Positions 1 through 22,685 of a DNA stretch of 64,000 nucleotides are shown here, piece after piece. The notes beneath the pieces are model-generated. The model saw only the letters and a program-made list of their open reading frames with translations, was not told the origin of the DNA and did no database searches. Source of the DNA: the human T2T-CHM13v2.0 reference genome, Homo sapiens. Every line of letters starts with the position of its first letter. Within the stretch, counting starts at the first letter, position 1. The translations under genes were made by a program, and so were the position numbers. Location of the stretch: assembly GCF_009914755.1 (NCBI RefSeq), contig NC_060948.1; one strand, 5' to 3'.

Positions 1-1207
<1,207 letters not shown>

Positions 1208-1775
1208 AGATCCGTATTTTTTAAATGAAAAAAAATTTCAAAGGTACTCTGCTTGGTACAATAATCAAATGTATAAACTGAGGAATAAAACATAACCATG
1301 AAACCTACTTATAACTGCATATGGAAAATACAGAGGATAATTTTTTAAATAACATATTTTGAAAGCCTTAACTAGTAATTTGAAGAGTTGGCATTTGAAA
1401 GGCCAGTATGAATATACCTTCAAAGCAGCAACACAGGTTCCCCATGAGAAAAAGCAAACACAGGGAAAATAAAAACACAAAGGTTCAATCTCTTCTGACC
1501 TTTGAAAGACACAGCACAGACAGTGATCCTTAGGACGAAGAGCAGGAGACCCCTAATTCCGTCACCATGGCGATAGGGCATAAACATTGCTGGGTGAGGG
1601 CACAATCCACATTGTGAGGTCCAACTGCTGCCAGGAAGACAGGAGTGCTTTTACATAGACCGAAAGGTCATTGAAGGCTCAGAGTTTTGTTTCAAGAACT
1701 GAATCCCAAGCCCACACGTTATTAGGCTGCGCTTCTTAAAACAAGTTATGAGATGGGAAAAAGGGCACCCACAAA
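1208..1775. repeat. HSATI-like, more GC-balanced segment of the DYZ2 unit (representative; one per unit)
   Basis: ~570-bp non-Alu, non-TA segment between the Alu 5' end and the AT-rich domain. It recurs at 3624-4191, 6044-6610, 8463-9030, 10882-11449, 13302-13869, 15720-16287, 18140-18707, 20558-21125, 22978-23545, 25398-25965, 27817-28384, 30228-30795, 32646-33213, 35066-35633, 37486-38053, 39906-40473, 42326-42893, 44746-45313, 47164-47731, 49584-50151, 52006-52573, 54426-54993, 56841-57408, 59263-59830 and 61683-62250. The HSATI name comes from known DYZ2 architecture, not from an alignment; the right boundary is approximate. Confidence 0.75.
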
Positions 1776-3623
<1,848 letters not shown>

Positions 3624-5728
3624 AGATCCATATTTTTTAAATGAAAAAAAATTTCAAAGGTACTCTGCTTGGTACAATAATCAAATGTATAAACTGAGGA
3701 ATAAAACATAACCATGAAACCTACTTATAACTGCATATGGAAAATACAGAGGATAATTTTTTAAATAACATATTTTGAAAGCCTTAACTAGTAATTTGAA
3801 GAGTTGGCATTTGAAAGGCCAGTATGAATATACCTTCAAAGCAGCAACACAGGTTCCCCATGAGAAAAAGCAAACACAGGGAAAATAAAAACACAAAGGT
3901 TCAATCTCTTCTGACCTTTGAAAGACACAGCACAGACGGTGGTCCTTAGGACGAAGAGCAGGAGACCCCTAATTCCGTCACCATGGCGATAGGGCATAAA
4001 CATTGCTGGGTGAGGGCACAATCCACATTGTGAGGTCCAACTGCTGCCAGGAAGACAAGAGTGCTTTTACATAGACCGAAAGGTCATTGAAGTCTCAGAG
4101 TTTTGTTTCAAGAACTGAATCCCAAGCCCACACGTTATTAGGCTGCGCTTCTTAAAACAAGTTATGAGATGGGAAAAAGGGCACCCACAAACATACGTAT
4201 ACATTATGTATATAATAATATACAGTATCATATATATAATATATATAACCTATGTATAATATTGTTTTACATCCTGCATCTTATGTTATATATATTGTAT
4301 AAAATATAATAATTGATAATATATAAGTATTATAATTATACAATATGACATATAGTATATATTATAATTTATGACATATATAATATATGTTATATGTCAT
4401 ATATAGAATATATTATACGGTTAATATACGTATTAAATATAAATTATACATTATATATATTATATATAATATATCTGTTATATATAATACCCATTATGCA
4501 TAATATATATATTATGTCTACGTTATATATAGTATAAAACAACATATAATAATATATAATTGTATATATAAAATGCGACATATAATATATATTATATTTT
4601 ATAACATATGTAATATATATTATATATTATATATAATACGTTGTATGTATAATACCTATATTAAATATATATTATATGACTATGTTATTAATTACATGTC
4701 ACATGTGTTATATATTATATATTTTACATAGAATATACCGGTTACATACAATATATACTATGTTACCTATAATGTATAATTTATTACATGTAAAATAAAG
4801 AATGCAATATATTATGTATAATTTATAATATACCATATGTGGAATGTGATATATATAACATATAATATATGATATATGATATACAGTATATGATATATAA
4901 CATACAATATATGATTCCTAATATATATGGTATACAATATATATTTTATCATATGTATTCTATATGTTTTATATTCTGTTATATATAACTATTTGAAATT
5001 ATATATAACTGTATAATATTTTATGTAAATATGTAATATAATATATATAACTATATAATATATTATATATAACTATATATTATGTTATATATACTTTTAT
5101 AACATAATTTACATAAAATATCATAACGTAATATATATTATATTATTTCATATTACATAATATATATTACATATCACCCAATATAACTAACATACATAAT
5201 ATTATAATATAGATAATATTGTGTTATATTAAGTATCATATATATCATGTATCATATATTCTATAATATATATTACACATTATATAATATGTATGTTGTC
5301 TATTATGTGATATATATAACTCTATATATAATTATATTTTTATACATATAACTAGATAAACATGTAATTCTACATATTTTCATTTATAATATGTAGAATT
5401 ATATAATCATATATAATTATTTATATTCTATAAAAAATTTTATCATTATATAAATTATAATATATAAAAATTATAATATGTACTACAAATATATATATTA
5501 TATATCATATATGATATAGTACCTTTGTTATATATCATAATACATATAAATGTGTATTATGTTATCTATAATTATATAATTTCATATATAAGATGTATAA
5601 TATGTATCATATATTATATATGTTATGTAATATATATAGTATATATAAGATGACACAGGATAAATATTATATACTATGACATATAAAATATATGAGGTTA
5701 TATGTTACATATAAGGCATAGCACATAA

Positions 5729-6043
<315 letters not shown>

Positions 6044-8147
6044 AGATCCATATTTTTTAAATAAAAAAAATTTCAAAGGTACTCTGCTTGGTACAATAAT
6101 CAAATGTATAAACTGAGGAATAAAACATAACCATGAAACCTACTTATAACTGCATATGGAAAATACAGAGGATAATTTTTTAAATAACATATTTTGAAAG
6201 CCTTAACTAGTAATTTGAAGAGTTGGCATTTGAAAGGCCAGTATGAATATACCTTCAAAGCAGCAACACAGGTTCCCCATGAGAAAAAGCAAACACAGGG
6301 AAAATAAAAACACAAAGGTTCAATCTCTTCTGACCTTTGAAAGACACAGCACAGACGGTGGTCCTTAGGACGAAGAGCAGGAGACCCCTAATTCCGTCAC
6401 CATGGCGATAGGGCATAAACATTGCTGGGTGAGGGCACAATCCACATTGTGAGGTCCAACTGCTGCCAGGAAGACAGGAGTGCTTTTACATAGACCGAAA
6501 GGTCATTGAAGTCTCAGAGTTTTGTTTCAAGAACTGAATCCCAAGCCCACACGTTATTAGGCTGCGCTTCTTAAAACAAGTTATGAGATGGGAAAAAGGG
6601 CACCCACAAACATACGTATACATTATGTATATAATAATATACAGTATCATATATATAATATATATAACCTATGTATAATATTGTTTTACATCCTGCATCT
6701 TATGTTATATATATTGTATAAAATATAATAATTGATAATATATAAGTTTTATAATTATACAATATGACATATAGTATATATTATAATTTATGACATATAT
6801 AATATATGTTATATGTCATATATAGAATATATTATACGGTTAATATACGTATTAAATATAAATTATACATTATATATATTATATATAATATATCTGTTAT
6901 ATATAATACCCATTATGCATAATATATATATTATGTCTACGTTATATATAGTATAAAACAACATATAATAATATATAATTGTATATATAAAATGCGACAT
7001 ATAATATATATTATATTTTATAACATATGTAATATATATTATATATTATATATAATACGTTGTATGTATAATACCTATATTAAATATATATTATATGACT
7101 ATGTTATTAATTACATGTCACATGTGTTATATATTATATATTTTACATAGAATATACCGGTTACATACAATATATACTATGTTACCTATAATGTATAATT
7201 TATTACATGTAAAATAAAGAATGCAATATATTATGTATAATTTATAATATACCATATGTGGAATGTGATATATATAACATATAATATATGATATATGATA
7301 TACAGTATATGATATATAACATACAATATATGATTCCTAATATATATGGCATACAATATATATTTTATCATATGTATTCTATATGTTTTATATTCTGTTA
7401 TATATAACTATTTGAAATTATATATAACTGTATAATATTTTATGTAAATATGTAATATAATATATATAACTATATAATATATTATATATAACTATATATT
7501 ATGTTATATATACTTTTATAACATAATTTACATAAAATATCATAACGTAATATATATTATATTATTTCATATTACATAATATATATTACATATCACCCAA
7601 TATAACTAACATACATAATATTATAATATAGATAATATTGTGTTATATTAAGTATCATATATATCATGTATCATATATTCTATAATATATATTACACATT
7701 ATATAATATGTATGTTGTCTATTATGTGATATATATAACTCTATATATAATTATATTTTTATACATATAACTAGATAAACATGTAATTCTACATATTTTC
7801 ATTTATAATATGTAGAATTATATAATCATATATAATTATTCATATTCTATAAAAAATTTTATCATTATATAAATTATAATATATAAAAATTATAATATGT
7901 ACTACAAATATATATATTATATATCATATATGATATAGTACCTTTGTTATATATCATAATACATATAAATGTGTATTATGTTATCTATAATTATATAATT
8001 TCATATATAAGATGTATAATATGTATCATATATTATATATGTTATGTAATATATATAGTATATATAAGATGACACAGGATAAATATTATATACTATGACA
8101 TATAAAATATATGAGGTTATATGTTACATATAAGGCATAGCACATAA

Positions 8148-8462
<315 letters not shown>

Positions 8463-10566
8463 AGATCCATATTTTTTAAATGAAAAAAAATTTCAAAGGT
8501 ACTCTGCTTGGTACAATAATCAAATGTATAAACTGAGGAATAAAACATAACCATGAAACCTACTTATAACTGCATATGGAAAATACAGAGGATAATTTTT
8601 TAAATAACATATTTTGAAAGCCTTAACTAGTAATTTGAAGAGTTGGCATTTGAAAGGCCAGTATGAATATACCTTCAAAGCAGCAACACAGGTTCCCCAT
8701 GAGAAAAAGCAAACACAGGGAAAATAAAAACACAAAGGTTCAATCTCTTCTGACCTTTGAAAGACACAGCACAGACAGTGGTCCTTAGGACGAAGAGCAG
8801 GAGACCCCTAATTCCGTCACCATGGCGATAGGGCATAAACATTGCTGGGTGAGGGCACAATCCACATTGTGAGGTCCAACTGCTGCCAGGAAGACAGGAG
8901 TGCTTTTACATAGACCGAAAGGTCATTGAAGGCTCAGAGTTTTGTTTCAAGAACTGAATCCCAAGCCCACACGTTATTAGGCTGCGCTTCTTAAAACAAG
9001 TTATGAGATGGGAAAAAGGGCACCCACAAACATACGTATACATTATGTATATAATAATATACAGTATCATATATATAATATATATAACCTATGTATAATA
9101 TTGTTTTACATCCTGCATCTTATGTTATATATATTGTATAAAATATAATAATTGATAATATATAAGTTTTATAATTATACAATATGACATATAGTATATA
9201 TTATAATTTATGACATATATAATATATGTTATATGTCATATATAGAATATATTATACGGTTAACATACGTATTAAATATAAATTATACATTATATATATT
9301 ATATATAATATATCTGTTATATGTAATACCCATTATGCATAATATATATATTATGTCTATGTTATATATAGTATAAAACAACATATAATAATATATAATT
9401 GTATATATAAAATGCGATATATAATATATATTATATTTTATAACATATGTAATATATATTATATATTATATATAATACGTTGTATGTATAATACCTATAT
9501 TAAATATATATTATATGACTATGTTATTAATTACATGTCACATGTGTTATATATTATATATTTTACGTAGAATATACTGGTTACATACAATATATACTAT
9601 GTTACCTATAATGTATAATTTATTACATGTAAAATAAAGAATGCAATATATTATGTAAAATTTATAATATACCATATGTGGAATGTCATATATGTAACAT
9701 ATAATATATGATATATGATATACAGTATATGATATATAACATACAATGTATGATTCCTAATATATATGGTATACAATATATATTTTATGATATGTATTCT
9801 ATATGTTTTATATTCTGTTATATATAACTATTTGAAATTATATATAACTGTATAATATTTTATGTAAATATGTAATATAATATATATAATATATAATATA
9901 TTATATATAACTATATATTATGTTATATATACTTTTATAACATAATTTACATAAAATATCATAATATAATATATATTATATTATTTCATATTACATAATA
10001 TATATTACATATCACCCAATATAACTAACATACATAATATTATAATATAGATTATATTATGTTATATTAAATATCATATATATCATGTATCATATATTCT
10101 ATAATATATATTACACATTATATAATATGTATGTTGTCTATTATGTGATATATATAACTATATATATAATTATATTTTTATACATATAACTAGATAAACA
10201 TGTAATTCTACATATTTTCATTTATAATATGTAGAATTATATAATCATATATAATTATTTATATTCTATAAAAAATTTTATCATTATATAAATTATAATA
10301 TATAAAAATTATAATATGTACTACAAATATATATATTATATATCATATATGATATACTACCTTTGTTATATATCATAATACATATAAATGTGTATTATGT
10401 TATCTATAATTATATAATTTCATATATAAGATGTATAATATGTATCATATATTACATATGTTATGTAATATATATAGTATATATAAGATGACACAGGATA
10501 AATATTATATTCTATGACATATAAAATATATGAGGTTATATGTTACATATAAGGCATAGCACATAA

Positions 10567-10881
<315 letters not shown>

Positions 10882-12986
10882 AGATCCATATTTTTTAAAT
10901 GAAAAAAAATTTCAAAGGTACTCTGCTTGGTACAATAATCAAATGTATAAACTGAGGAATAAAACATAACCATGAAACCTACTTATAACTGCATATGGAA
11001 AATACAGAGGATAATTTTTTAAATAACATATTTTGAAAGCCTTAACTAGTAATTTGAAGAGTTGGCATTTGAAAGGCCAGTATGAATATACCTTCAAAGC
11101 AGCAACACAGGTTCCCCATGAGAAAAAGCAAACACAGGGAAAATAAAAACACAAAGGTTCAATCTCTTCTGACCTTTGAAAGACACAGCACAGACAGTGG
11201 TCCTTAGGACGAAGAGCAGGAGACCCCTAATTCCGTCACCATGGCGATAGGGCATAAACATTGCTGGGTGAGGGCACAATCCACATTGTGAGGTCCAACT
11301 GCTGCCAGGAAGACAGGAGTGCTTTTACATAGACCGAAAGGTCATTGAAGGCTCAGAGTTTTGTTTCAAGAACTGAATCCCAAGCCCACACGTTATTAGG
11401 CTGCGCTTCTTAAAACAAGTTATGAGATGGGAAAAAGGGCACCCACAAACATACGTATACATTATGTATATAATAATATACAGTATCATATATATAATAT
11501 ATATAACCTATGTATAATATTGTTTTACATCCTGCATCTTATGTTATATATATTGTATAAAATATAATAATTGATAATATATAAGTTTTATAATTATACA
11601 ATATGACATATAGTATATATTATAATTTATGACATATATAATATATGTTATATATCATATATAGAATATATTATACGGTTAATATACGTATTAAATATAA
11701 ATTATACATTATATATATTATATATAATATATCTGTTATATATAATACCCATTATGCATAATATATATATTATGTCTACGTTATATATAGTATAAAACAA
11801 CATATAATAATATATAATTGTATATATAAAATGCGACATATAATATATATTATATTTTATAACATATGTAATATATATTATATATTATATATAATACGTT
11901 GTATGTATAATACCTATATTAAATATATATTATATGACTATGTTATTAATTACATGTCACATGTGTTATATATTATATATTTTACATAGAATATACCGGT
12001 TACATACAATATATACTATGTTACCTATAATGTATAATTTATTACATGTAAAATAAAGAATGCAATATATTATGTATAATTTATAATATACAATATGTGG
12101 AATGTGATATATGTAACATATAATATATGATATATGATATACAGTATATGATATATAACATACAATATATGATTCCTAATATATATGGTATACAATATAT
12201 ATTTTATGATATGTATTCTCTATGTTTTTTATTCTGTTATATATAACTATTTGAAATTATATATAACTGTATAATATTTTATGTAAATATGTAATATAAT
12301 ATATATAACTATATAATATATTATATATAACTATATATTATGTTATATATACTTTTATAACATAATTTACATAAAATATCACAATATAATATATATTATA
12401 TTATTTCATATTACATAATATATATTACATATCACCCAATATAACTAACATACATAATATTATAATATAGATTATATTATGTTATATTAAATATCATATA
12501 TATCATGTATCATATATTCCATAATATATATTACACATTATATAATATGTATGCTGTCTACTATGTGATATATATAACTATATATATAATTATATTTTTA
12601 TACATATAACTAGATAAACATGTAATTCTACATATTTTCATTTATAATATGTAGAATTATATAATCATATATAATTATTTATATTCTATAAAAAATTTTA
12701 TCATTATATAAATTATAATATATAAAAATTATAATATGTACTACAAATATATATATTATATATCATATATGATATAGTACCTTTGTTATATATCATAATA
12801 CATATAAATGTGTATTATGTTATCTATAATTATATAATTTCATATATAAGGTGTATAATATGTATCATATATTATATATGTTATGTAATATATATAGTAT
12901 ATATAAGATGACACAGGATAAATATTATATACTATGACATATAAAATATATGAGGTTATATGTTACATATAAGGCATAGCACATAA

Positions 12987-13301
<315 letters not shown>

Positions 13302-15427
13302 AGATCCATATTTTTTAAATGAAAAAAAATTTCAAAGGTACTCTGCTTGGTACAATAATCAAATGTATAAACTGAGGAATAAAACATAACCATGAAACCT
13401 ACTTATAACTGCATATGGAAAATACAGAGGATAATTTTTTAAATAACATATTTTGAAAGCCTTAACTAGTAATTTGAAGAGTTGGCATTTGAAAGGCCAG
13501 TATGAATATACCTTCAAAGCAGCAACACAGGTTCCCCATGAGAAAAAGCAAACACAGGGAAAATAAAAACACAAAGGTTCAATCTCTTCTGACCTTTGAA
13601 AGACACAGCACAGACAGTGGTCCTTAGGACGAAGAGCAGGAGACCCCTAATTCCGTCACCATGGCGATAGGGCATAAACATTGCTGGGTGAGGGCACAAT
13701 CCACATTGTGAGGTCCAACTGCTGCCAGGAAGACAGGAGTGCTTTTACATAGACCGAAAGGTCATTGAAGGCTCAGAGTTTTGTTTCAAGAACTGAATCC
13801 CAAGCCCACACGTTATTAGGCTGCGCTTCTTAAAACAAGTTATGAGATGGGAAAAAGGGCACCCACAAACATACGTATACATTATGTATATAATAATATA
13901 CAGTATCATATATATAATATATATAACCTATGTATAATATTGTTTTACATCCTGCATCTTATGTTATATATATTGTATAAAATATAATAATTGATAATAT
14001 ATAAGTTTTATAATTATACAATATGACATATAGTATATATTATAATTTATGACATATATAATATATGTTATATGTCATATATAGAATATATTATACGGTT
14101 AACATACGTATTAAATATAAATTATACATTATATATATTATATATAATATATCTGTTATATGTAATACCCATTATGCATAATATATATATTATGTCTATG
14201 TTATATATAGTATAAAACAACATATAATAATATATAATTGTATATATAAAATGCGATATATAATATATATTATATTTTATAACATATGTAATATATATTA
14301 TATATTATATATAATACGTTGTATGTATAATACCTATATTAAATATATATTATAAGACTATGTTATTAATTACATGTCACATGTGTTATATATTATATAT
14401 TTTACGTAGAATATACTGGTTACATACAATATATACTATGTTACCTATAATGTATAATTTATTACATGTAAAATAAAGAATGCAATATATTATGTAAAAT
14501 TTATAATATACCATATGTGGAATGTCATATATGTAACATATAATATATGATATATGATATACAGTATATGATATATAACATACAATGTATGATTCCTAAT
14601 ATATATGGTATACAATATATATTTTATGATATGTATTCTATATGTTTTATATTCTGTTATATATAACTATTTGAAATTATATATAACTGTATAATATTGT
14701 ATGTAAATATGTAATATAATATATATAACTATATAATATATTATATATAACTATATATTATGTTATATATACTTTTATAACATAATTTACATAAAATATC
14801 ATAATATAATATATATTATATTATTTCATATTATATAATATATATTACATATCACCCAATATAACTAACATACATAATATTATAATATAGATTATATTAT
14901 GTTATATTAAATATCATATATATCATGTATCATATATTCTATAATATATATTACACATTATATAATATGTATGTTGTCTATTATGTGATATATATAACTA
15001 TATGTAATTATATTTTTATACATATAACTAGATAAACATGTAATTCTACATATTTTCATTTATAATATGTAGAATTATATAATCATATATAATTATTTAT
15101 ATTCTATAAAAAATTTTATCATTATATAAATTATAATATATAAAAATTATAATATGTACTACAAATATATATATTATATATCATATATGATATAGTACCT
15201 TTGTTATATATCATAATACATATAAATGTGTATTATGTTATCTATAATTATATAATTTCATATATAAGATGTATAATATGTATCATATATTATATATGTT
15301 ATGTAATATATATAGTATATATAAGATGACACAGGATAAATATTATATACTATGACATATAAAATATATGAGGTTATATGTTACATATAAGGCATAGCAC
15401 ATAACATGTAATATATATCATATATAA

Positions 15428-15719
15428 TTTTTTTTTAGACAGAATCTTGTCCTGTTGCACAGGGTGGGGTACAATGGCGCCATCTTTGCTCACTGCAACT
15501 TCTGCCTCACGGGTCCAAGCGATTGTCCTCCCTCGGCCTCCCAGGTAGCTGGGACTACACCACACTGGGACTACACCAGCTGCCACCATGCCTAGCTAAT
15601 TTTTTGGATTTTTAGTAGTGTCAGCGTTTCACTGTATTGGCCAGGATGGTCTTGATCTCTTCACCTTGTGATCCCCTTGCCTTGGCCTCCAAATTTGCTG
15701 GGATTACAGGCCTGAGCCA
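15428..15719 (-). mobile_element. Alu fragment, unit 7
   Basis: Near-identical copy; carries the cctcGgcc variant. Confidence 0.93.
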
Positions 15720-17824
15720 AGATCCATATTTTTTAAATGAAAAAAAATTTCAAAGGTACTCTGCTTGGTACAATAATCAAATGTATAAACTGAGGAATAA
15801 AACATAACCATGAAACCTACTTATAACTGCATATGGAAAATACAGAGGATAATTTTTTAAATAACATATTTTGAAAGCCTTAACTAGTAATTTGAAGAGC
15901 TGGCATTTGAAAGGCCAGTATGAATATACCTTCAAAGCAGCAACACAGGTTCCCCATGAGAAAAAGCAAACACAGGGAAAATAAAAACACAAAGGTTCAA
16001 TCTCTTCTGACCTTTGAAAGACACAGCACAGACAGTGGTCCTTAGGACGAAGAGCAGGAGACCCCTAATTCCGTCACCATGGCGATAGGGCATAAACATT
16101 GCTGGGTGAGGGCACAATCCACATTGTGAGGTCCAACTGCTGCCAGGAAGACAGGAGTGCTGTTACATAGACCGAAAGGTCATTGAAGGCTCAGAGTTTT
16201 GTTTCAAGAACTGAATCCCAAGCCCACACGTTATTAGGCTGCGCTTCTTAAAACAAGTTATGAGATGGGAAAAAGGGCACCCACAAACATACGTATACAT
16301 TACGTATATAATAATATACAGTATCATATATATAATATATATAACCTATGTATAATATTGTTTTACATCCTGCATCTTATGTTATATATATTGTATAAAA
16401 TATAATAATTGATAATATATAAGTTTTATAATTATACAATATGACATATAGTATATATTATAATTTAAGACATATATAATATATGTTATATATCATATAT
16501 AGAATATATTATACGGTTAATATACGTATTAAATATAAATTATACATTATATATATTATATATAATATATCTGTTATATATAATACCCATTATGCATAAT
16601 ATATATATTATGTCTATGTTATATATAGTATAAAACAACATATAATAATATATAATTGTATATATAAAATGCGACATATAATATATATTATATTTTATAA
16701 CATATGTAATATATATTATATATTATATATAATACGTTGTATGTATAATACCTATATTAAATACATATTATATGACTATGTTATTAATTACATGTCACAT
16801 GTGTTATATATTATATATTTTACATAGAATATACCGGTTACATAGAATATATACTATGTTACCTATAATGTATAATTTATTACATGTAAAATAAAGAATG
16901 CAATATATTATGTAAAATTTATAATATACCATATGTGGAATGTGATATATATAACATATAATATATGATATGTGATATACAGTATATGATATATAACATA
17001 CAATATATGATTCCTAATATATATGGTATACAATATATATTTTATGATATGTATTCTATATGTTTTATATTCTGTTATATATAACTATTTGAAATTATAT
17101 ATAACTGTATAATATTTTATGTAAATATGTAATATAATATATATAACTATATAATATATTATATATAACTATATATTATGTTATATATACTTTTATAACA
17201 TAATTTACATAAAATATCATAATATAATATATATTATATTATTTCATATTACATAATATATATTACATATCACCCAATATAACTAACATACATAATATTA
17301 TAATATAGATTATATTATGTTATATTAAATATCATATATATCATGTATCATATATTCTATAATATATATTACACATTATATAATATGTATGTTGTCTATT
17401 ATGTGATATATGTAACTATATATATAATTATATTTTTATACATATAACTAGATAAACATGTAATTCTACATATTTTCATTTATAATATGTAGAATTATAT
17501 AATCATATATAATTATTTATATTCTATAAAAAATTTTATCATTATATAAATTATAATATATAAAAATTATAATATGTACTACAAATATATATATTATATA
17601 TCATATATGCTATAGTACCTTTGTTATATATCATAATACATATAAATGTGTATTATGTTATCTATAATTATATAATTTCATATATAAGTTGTATAATATG
17701 TATCATATATTATATATGTTATGTAATATATATAGTATATATAAGATGACACAGGATAAATATTATATACTATGACATATAAAATATATGAGGTTATATG
17801 TTACATATAAGGCATAGCACATAA

Positions 17825-18139
<315 letters not shown>

Positions 18140-20265
18140 AGATCCATATTTTGTAAATGAAAAAAAATTTCAAAGGTACTCTGCTTGGTACAATAATCAA
18201 ATGTATAAACTGAGGAATAAAACATAACCATGAAACCTACTTATAACTGCATATGGAAAATACAGAGGATAATTTTTTAAATAACATATTTTGAAAGCCT
18301 TAACTAGTAATTTGAAGAGTTGGCATTTGAAAGGCCAGTATGAATATAACTTCAAAGCAGCAACACAGGTTCCCCATGAGAAAAAGCAAACACAGGGAAA
18401 ATAAAAACACAAAGGTTCAATCTCTTCTGACCTTTGAAAGACACAGCACAGACAGTGGTCCTTAGGACGAAGAGCAGGAGACCCCTAATTCCGTCACCAT
18501 GGCGATAGGGCATAAACATTGCTGGGTGAGGGCACAATCCACATTGTGAGGTCCAACTGCTGCCAGGAAGACAGGAGTGCTTTTACATAGACTGAAAGGT
18601 CATTGAAGGCTCAGAGTTTTGTTTCAAGAACTGAATCCCAAGCCCACACGTTATTAGGCTGCGCTTCTTAAAACAAGTTATGAGATGGGAAAAAGGGCAC
18701 CCACAAACATACGTATACATTATGTATATAATAATATACAGTATCATATATATAATATATATAACCTATGTATAATATTGTTTTACATCCTGCATCTTAT
18801 GTTATATATATTGTATAAAATATAATAATTGATAATATATAAGTTTTATAATTATACAATATGACATATAGTATATATTATAATTTATGACATATATAAT
18901 ATATGTTATATATCATATATAGAATATATTATACGGTTAATATACGTATTAAATATAAATTATACATTATATATATTATATATAATATATCTGTTATATA
19001 TAATACCCATTATGCATAATATATATATTATGTCTATGTTATATATAGTATAAAACAACATATAATAATATATAATTGTATATATAAAATGCGACATATA
19101 ATATATATTATATTTTATAACATATGTAATATATATTATATATTATATATAATACGTTGTATGTATAATACCTATATTAAATACATATTATATGACTATG
19201 TTATTAATTACATGTCACATGTGTTATATATTATATATTTTACATAGAATATACCGGTTACATACAATATACACTATGTTACCTATAATGTATAATTTAT
19301 TACATGTAAAATAAAGAATGCAATATATTATGTAAAATTTATAATATACCATATGTGGAATGTGATATATATAACATATAATATCTGATATATGATATAC
19401 AGTATATGATATATAACATACAATATATGATTCCTAATATATATGGTATTCAATATATATTTTGTGATATGTATTCTATATGTTTTATATTCTGTTATAT
19501 ATAACTATTTGAAATTATATATAACTGTATAATATTGTATGTAAATATGTAATATAATATATATAACTATATAATATATTATATATAACTATATATTATG
19601 TTATATATACTTTTATAACATAATTTACATAAAATATCATAATATAATATATATTATATTATTTCATATTATATAATATATATTACATATCACCCAATAT
19701 AACTAACATACATAATATTATAATATAGATTATATTATGTTATATTAAATATCATATATATCATGTATCATATATTCTATAATATATATTACACATTATA
19801 TAATATGTATGTTGTCTATTATGTGATATATATAACTATATGTAATTATATTTTTATACATATAACTAGATAAACATGTAATTCTACATATTTTCATTTA
19901 TAATATGTAGAATTATATAATCATATATAATTATTTATATTCTATAAAAAATTTTATCATTATATAAATTATAATATATAAAAATTATAATATGTACTAC
20001 AAATATATATATTATATATCATATATGATATAGTACCTTTGTTATATATCATAATACATATAAATGTGTATTATGTTATCTATAATTATATAATTTCATA
20101 TATAAGATGTATAATATGTATCATATATTATATATGTTATGTAATATATATAGTATATATAAGATGACACAGGATAAATATTATATACTATGACATATAA
20201 AATATATGAGGTTATATGTTACATATAAGGCATAGCACATAACATGTAATATATACCATATATAA

Positions 20266-20557
20266 TTTTTTTTTAGACAGAATCTTGTCCTGTTGCACAG
20301 GGTGGGGTACAATGGCGCCATCTTTGCTCACTGCAACTTCTGCCTCACGGGTCCAAGCGATTGTCCTCCCTCGGCCTCCCAGGTAGCTGGGACTACACCA
20401 CACTGGGACTACACCAGCTGCCACCATGCCTAGCTAATTTTTTGGATTTTTAGTAGTGACAGCGTTTCACTGTATTGGCCAGGATGGTCTTGATCTCTTC
20501 ACCTTGTGATCCCCTTGCCTTGGCCTCCAAATTTGCTGGGATTACAGGCCTGAGCCA
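20266..20557 (-). mobile_element. Alu fragment, unit 9
   Basis: Near-identical copy; carries the cctcGgcc variant. Confidence 0.93.
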
Positions 20558-22685
20558 AGATCCATATTTTTTAAATGAAAAAAAATTTCAAAGGTACTCT
20601 GCTTGGTACAATAATCAAATGTATAAACTGAGGAATAAAACATAACCATGAAACCTACTTATAACTGCATATGGAAAATACAGAGGATAATTTTTTAAAT
20701 AACATATTTTGAAAGCCTTAACTAGTAATTTGAAGAGCTGGCATTTGAAAGGCCAGTATGAATATACCTTCAAAGCAGCAACACAGGTTCCCCATGAGAA
20801 AAAGCAAACACAGGGAAAATAAAAACACAAAGGTTCAATCTCTTCTGACCTTTGAAAGACACAGCACAGACAGTGGTCCTTAGGACGAAGAGCAGGAGAC
20901 CCCTAATTCCGTCACCATGGCGATAGGGCATAAACATTGCTGGGTGAGGGCACAATCCACATTGTGAGGTCCAACTGCTGCCAGGAAGACAGGAGTGCTG
21001 TTACATAGACCGAAAGGTCATTGAAGGCTCAGAGTTTTGTTTCAAGAACTGAATCCCAAGCCCACACGTTATTAGGCTGCGCTTCTTAAAACAAGTTATG
21101 AGATGGGAAAAAGGGCACCCACAAACATACGTATACATTACGTATATAATAATATACAGTATCATATATATAATATATATAACCTATGTATAATATTGTT
21201 TTACATCCTGCATCTTATGTTATATATATTGTATAAAATATAATAATTGATAATATATAAGTTTTATAATTATACAATATGACATATAGTATATATTATA
21301 ATTTAAGACATATATAATATATGTTATATATCATATATAGAATATATTATACGGTTAATATACGTATTAAATATAAATTATACATTATATATATTATATA
21401 TAATATATCTGTTATATATAATACCCATTATGCATAATATATATATTATGTCTATGTTATATATAGTATAAAACAACATATAATAATATATAATTGTATA
21501 TATAAAATGCGACATATAATATATATTATATTTTATAACATATGTAATATATATTATATATTATATATAATACGTTGTATGTATAATACCTATATTAAAT
21601 ACATATTATATGACTATGTTATTAATTACATGTCACATGTGTTATATATTATATATTTTACATAGAATATACCGGTTACATAGAATATATACTATGTTAC
21701 CTATAATGTATAATTTATTACATGTAAAATAAAGAATGCAATATATTATGTAAAATTTATAATATACCATATGTGGAATGTGATATATATAACATATAAT
21801 ATATGATATGTGATATACAGTATATGATATATAACATACAATATATGATTCCTAATATATATGGTATACAATATATATTTTATGATATGTATTCTATATG
21901 TTTTATATTCTGTTATATATAACTATTTGAAATTATATATAACTGTATAATATTTTATGTAAATATGTAATATAATATATATAACTATATAATATATTAT
22001 ATATAACTATATATTATGTTATATATACTTTTATAACATAATTTACATAAAATATCATAATATAATATATATTATATTATTTCATATTACATAATATATA
22101 TTACATATCACCCAATATAACTAACATACATAATATTATAATATAGATTATATTATGTTATATTAAATATCATATATATCATGTATCATATATTCTATAA
22201 TATATATTACACATTATATAATATGTATGTTGTCTATTATGTGATATATGTAACTATATATATAATTATATTTTTATACATATAACTAGATAAACATGTA
22301 ATTCTACATATTTTCATTTATAATATGTAGAATTATATAATCATATATAATTATTTATATTCTATAAAAAATTTTATCATTATATAAATTATAATATATA
22401 AAAATTATAATATGTACTACAAATATATATATTATATATCATATATGCTATAGTACCTTTGTTATATATCATAATACATATAAATGTGTATTATGTTATC
22501 TATAATTATATAATTTCATATATAAGTTGTATAATATGTATCATATATTATATATGTTATGTAATATATATAGTATATATAAGATGACACAGGATAAATA
22601 TTATATACTATGACATATAAAATATATGAGGTTATATGTTACATATAAGGCATAGCACATAACATGTAATATATATCATATATAA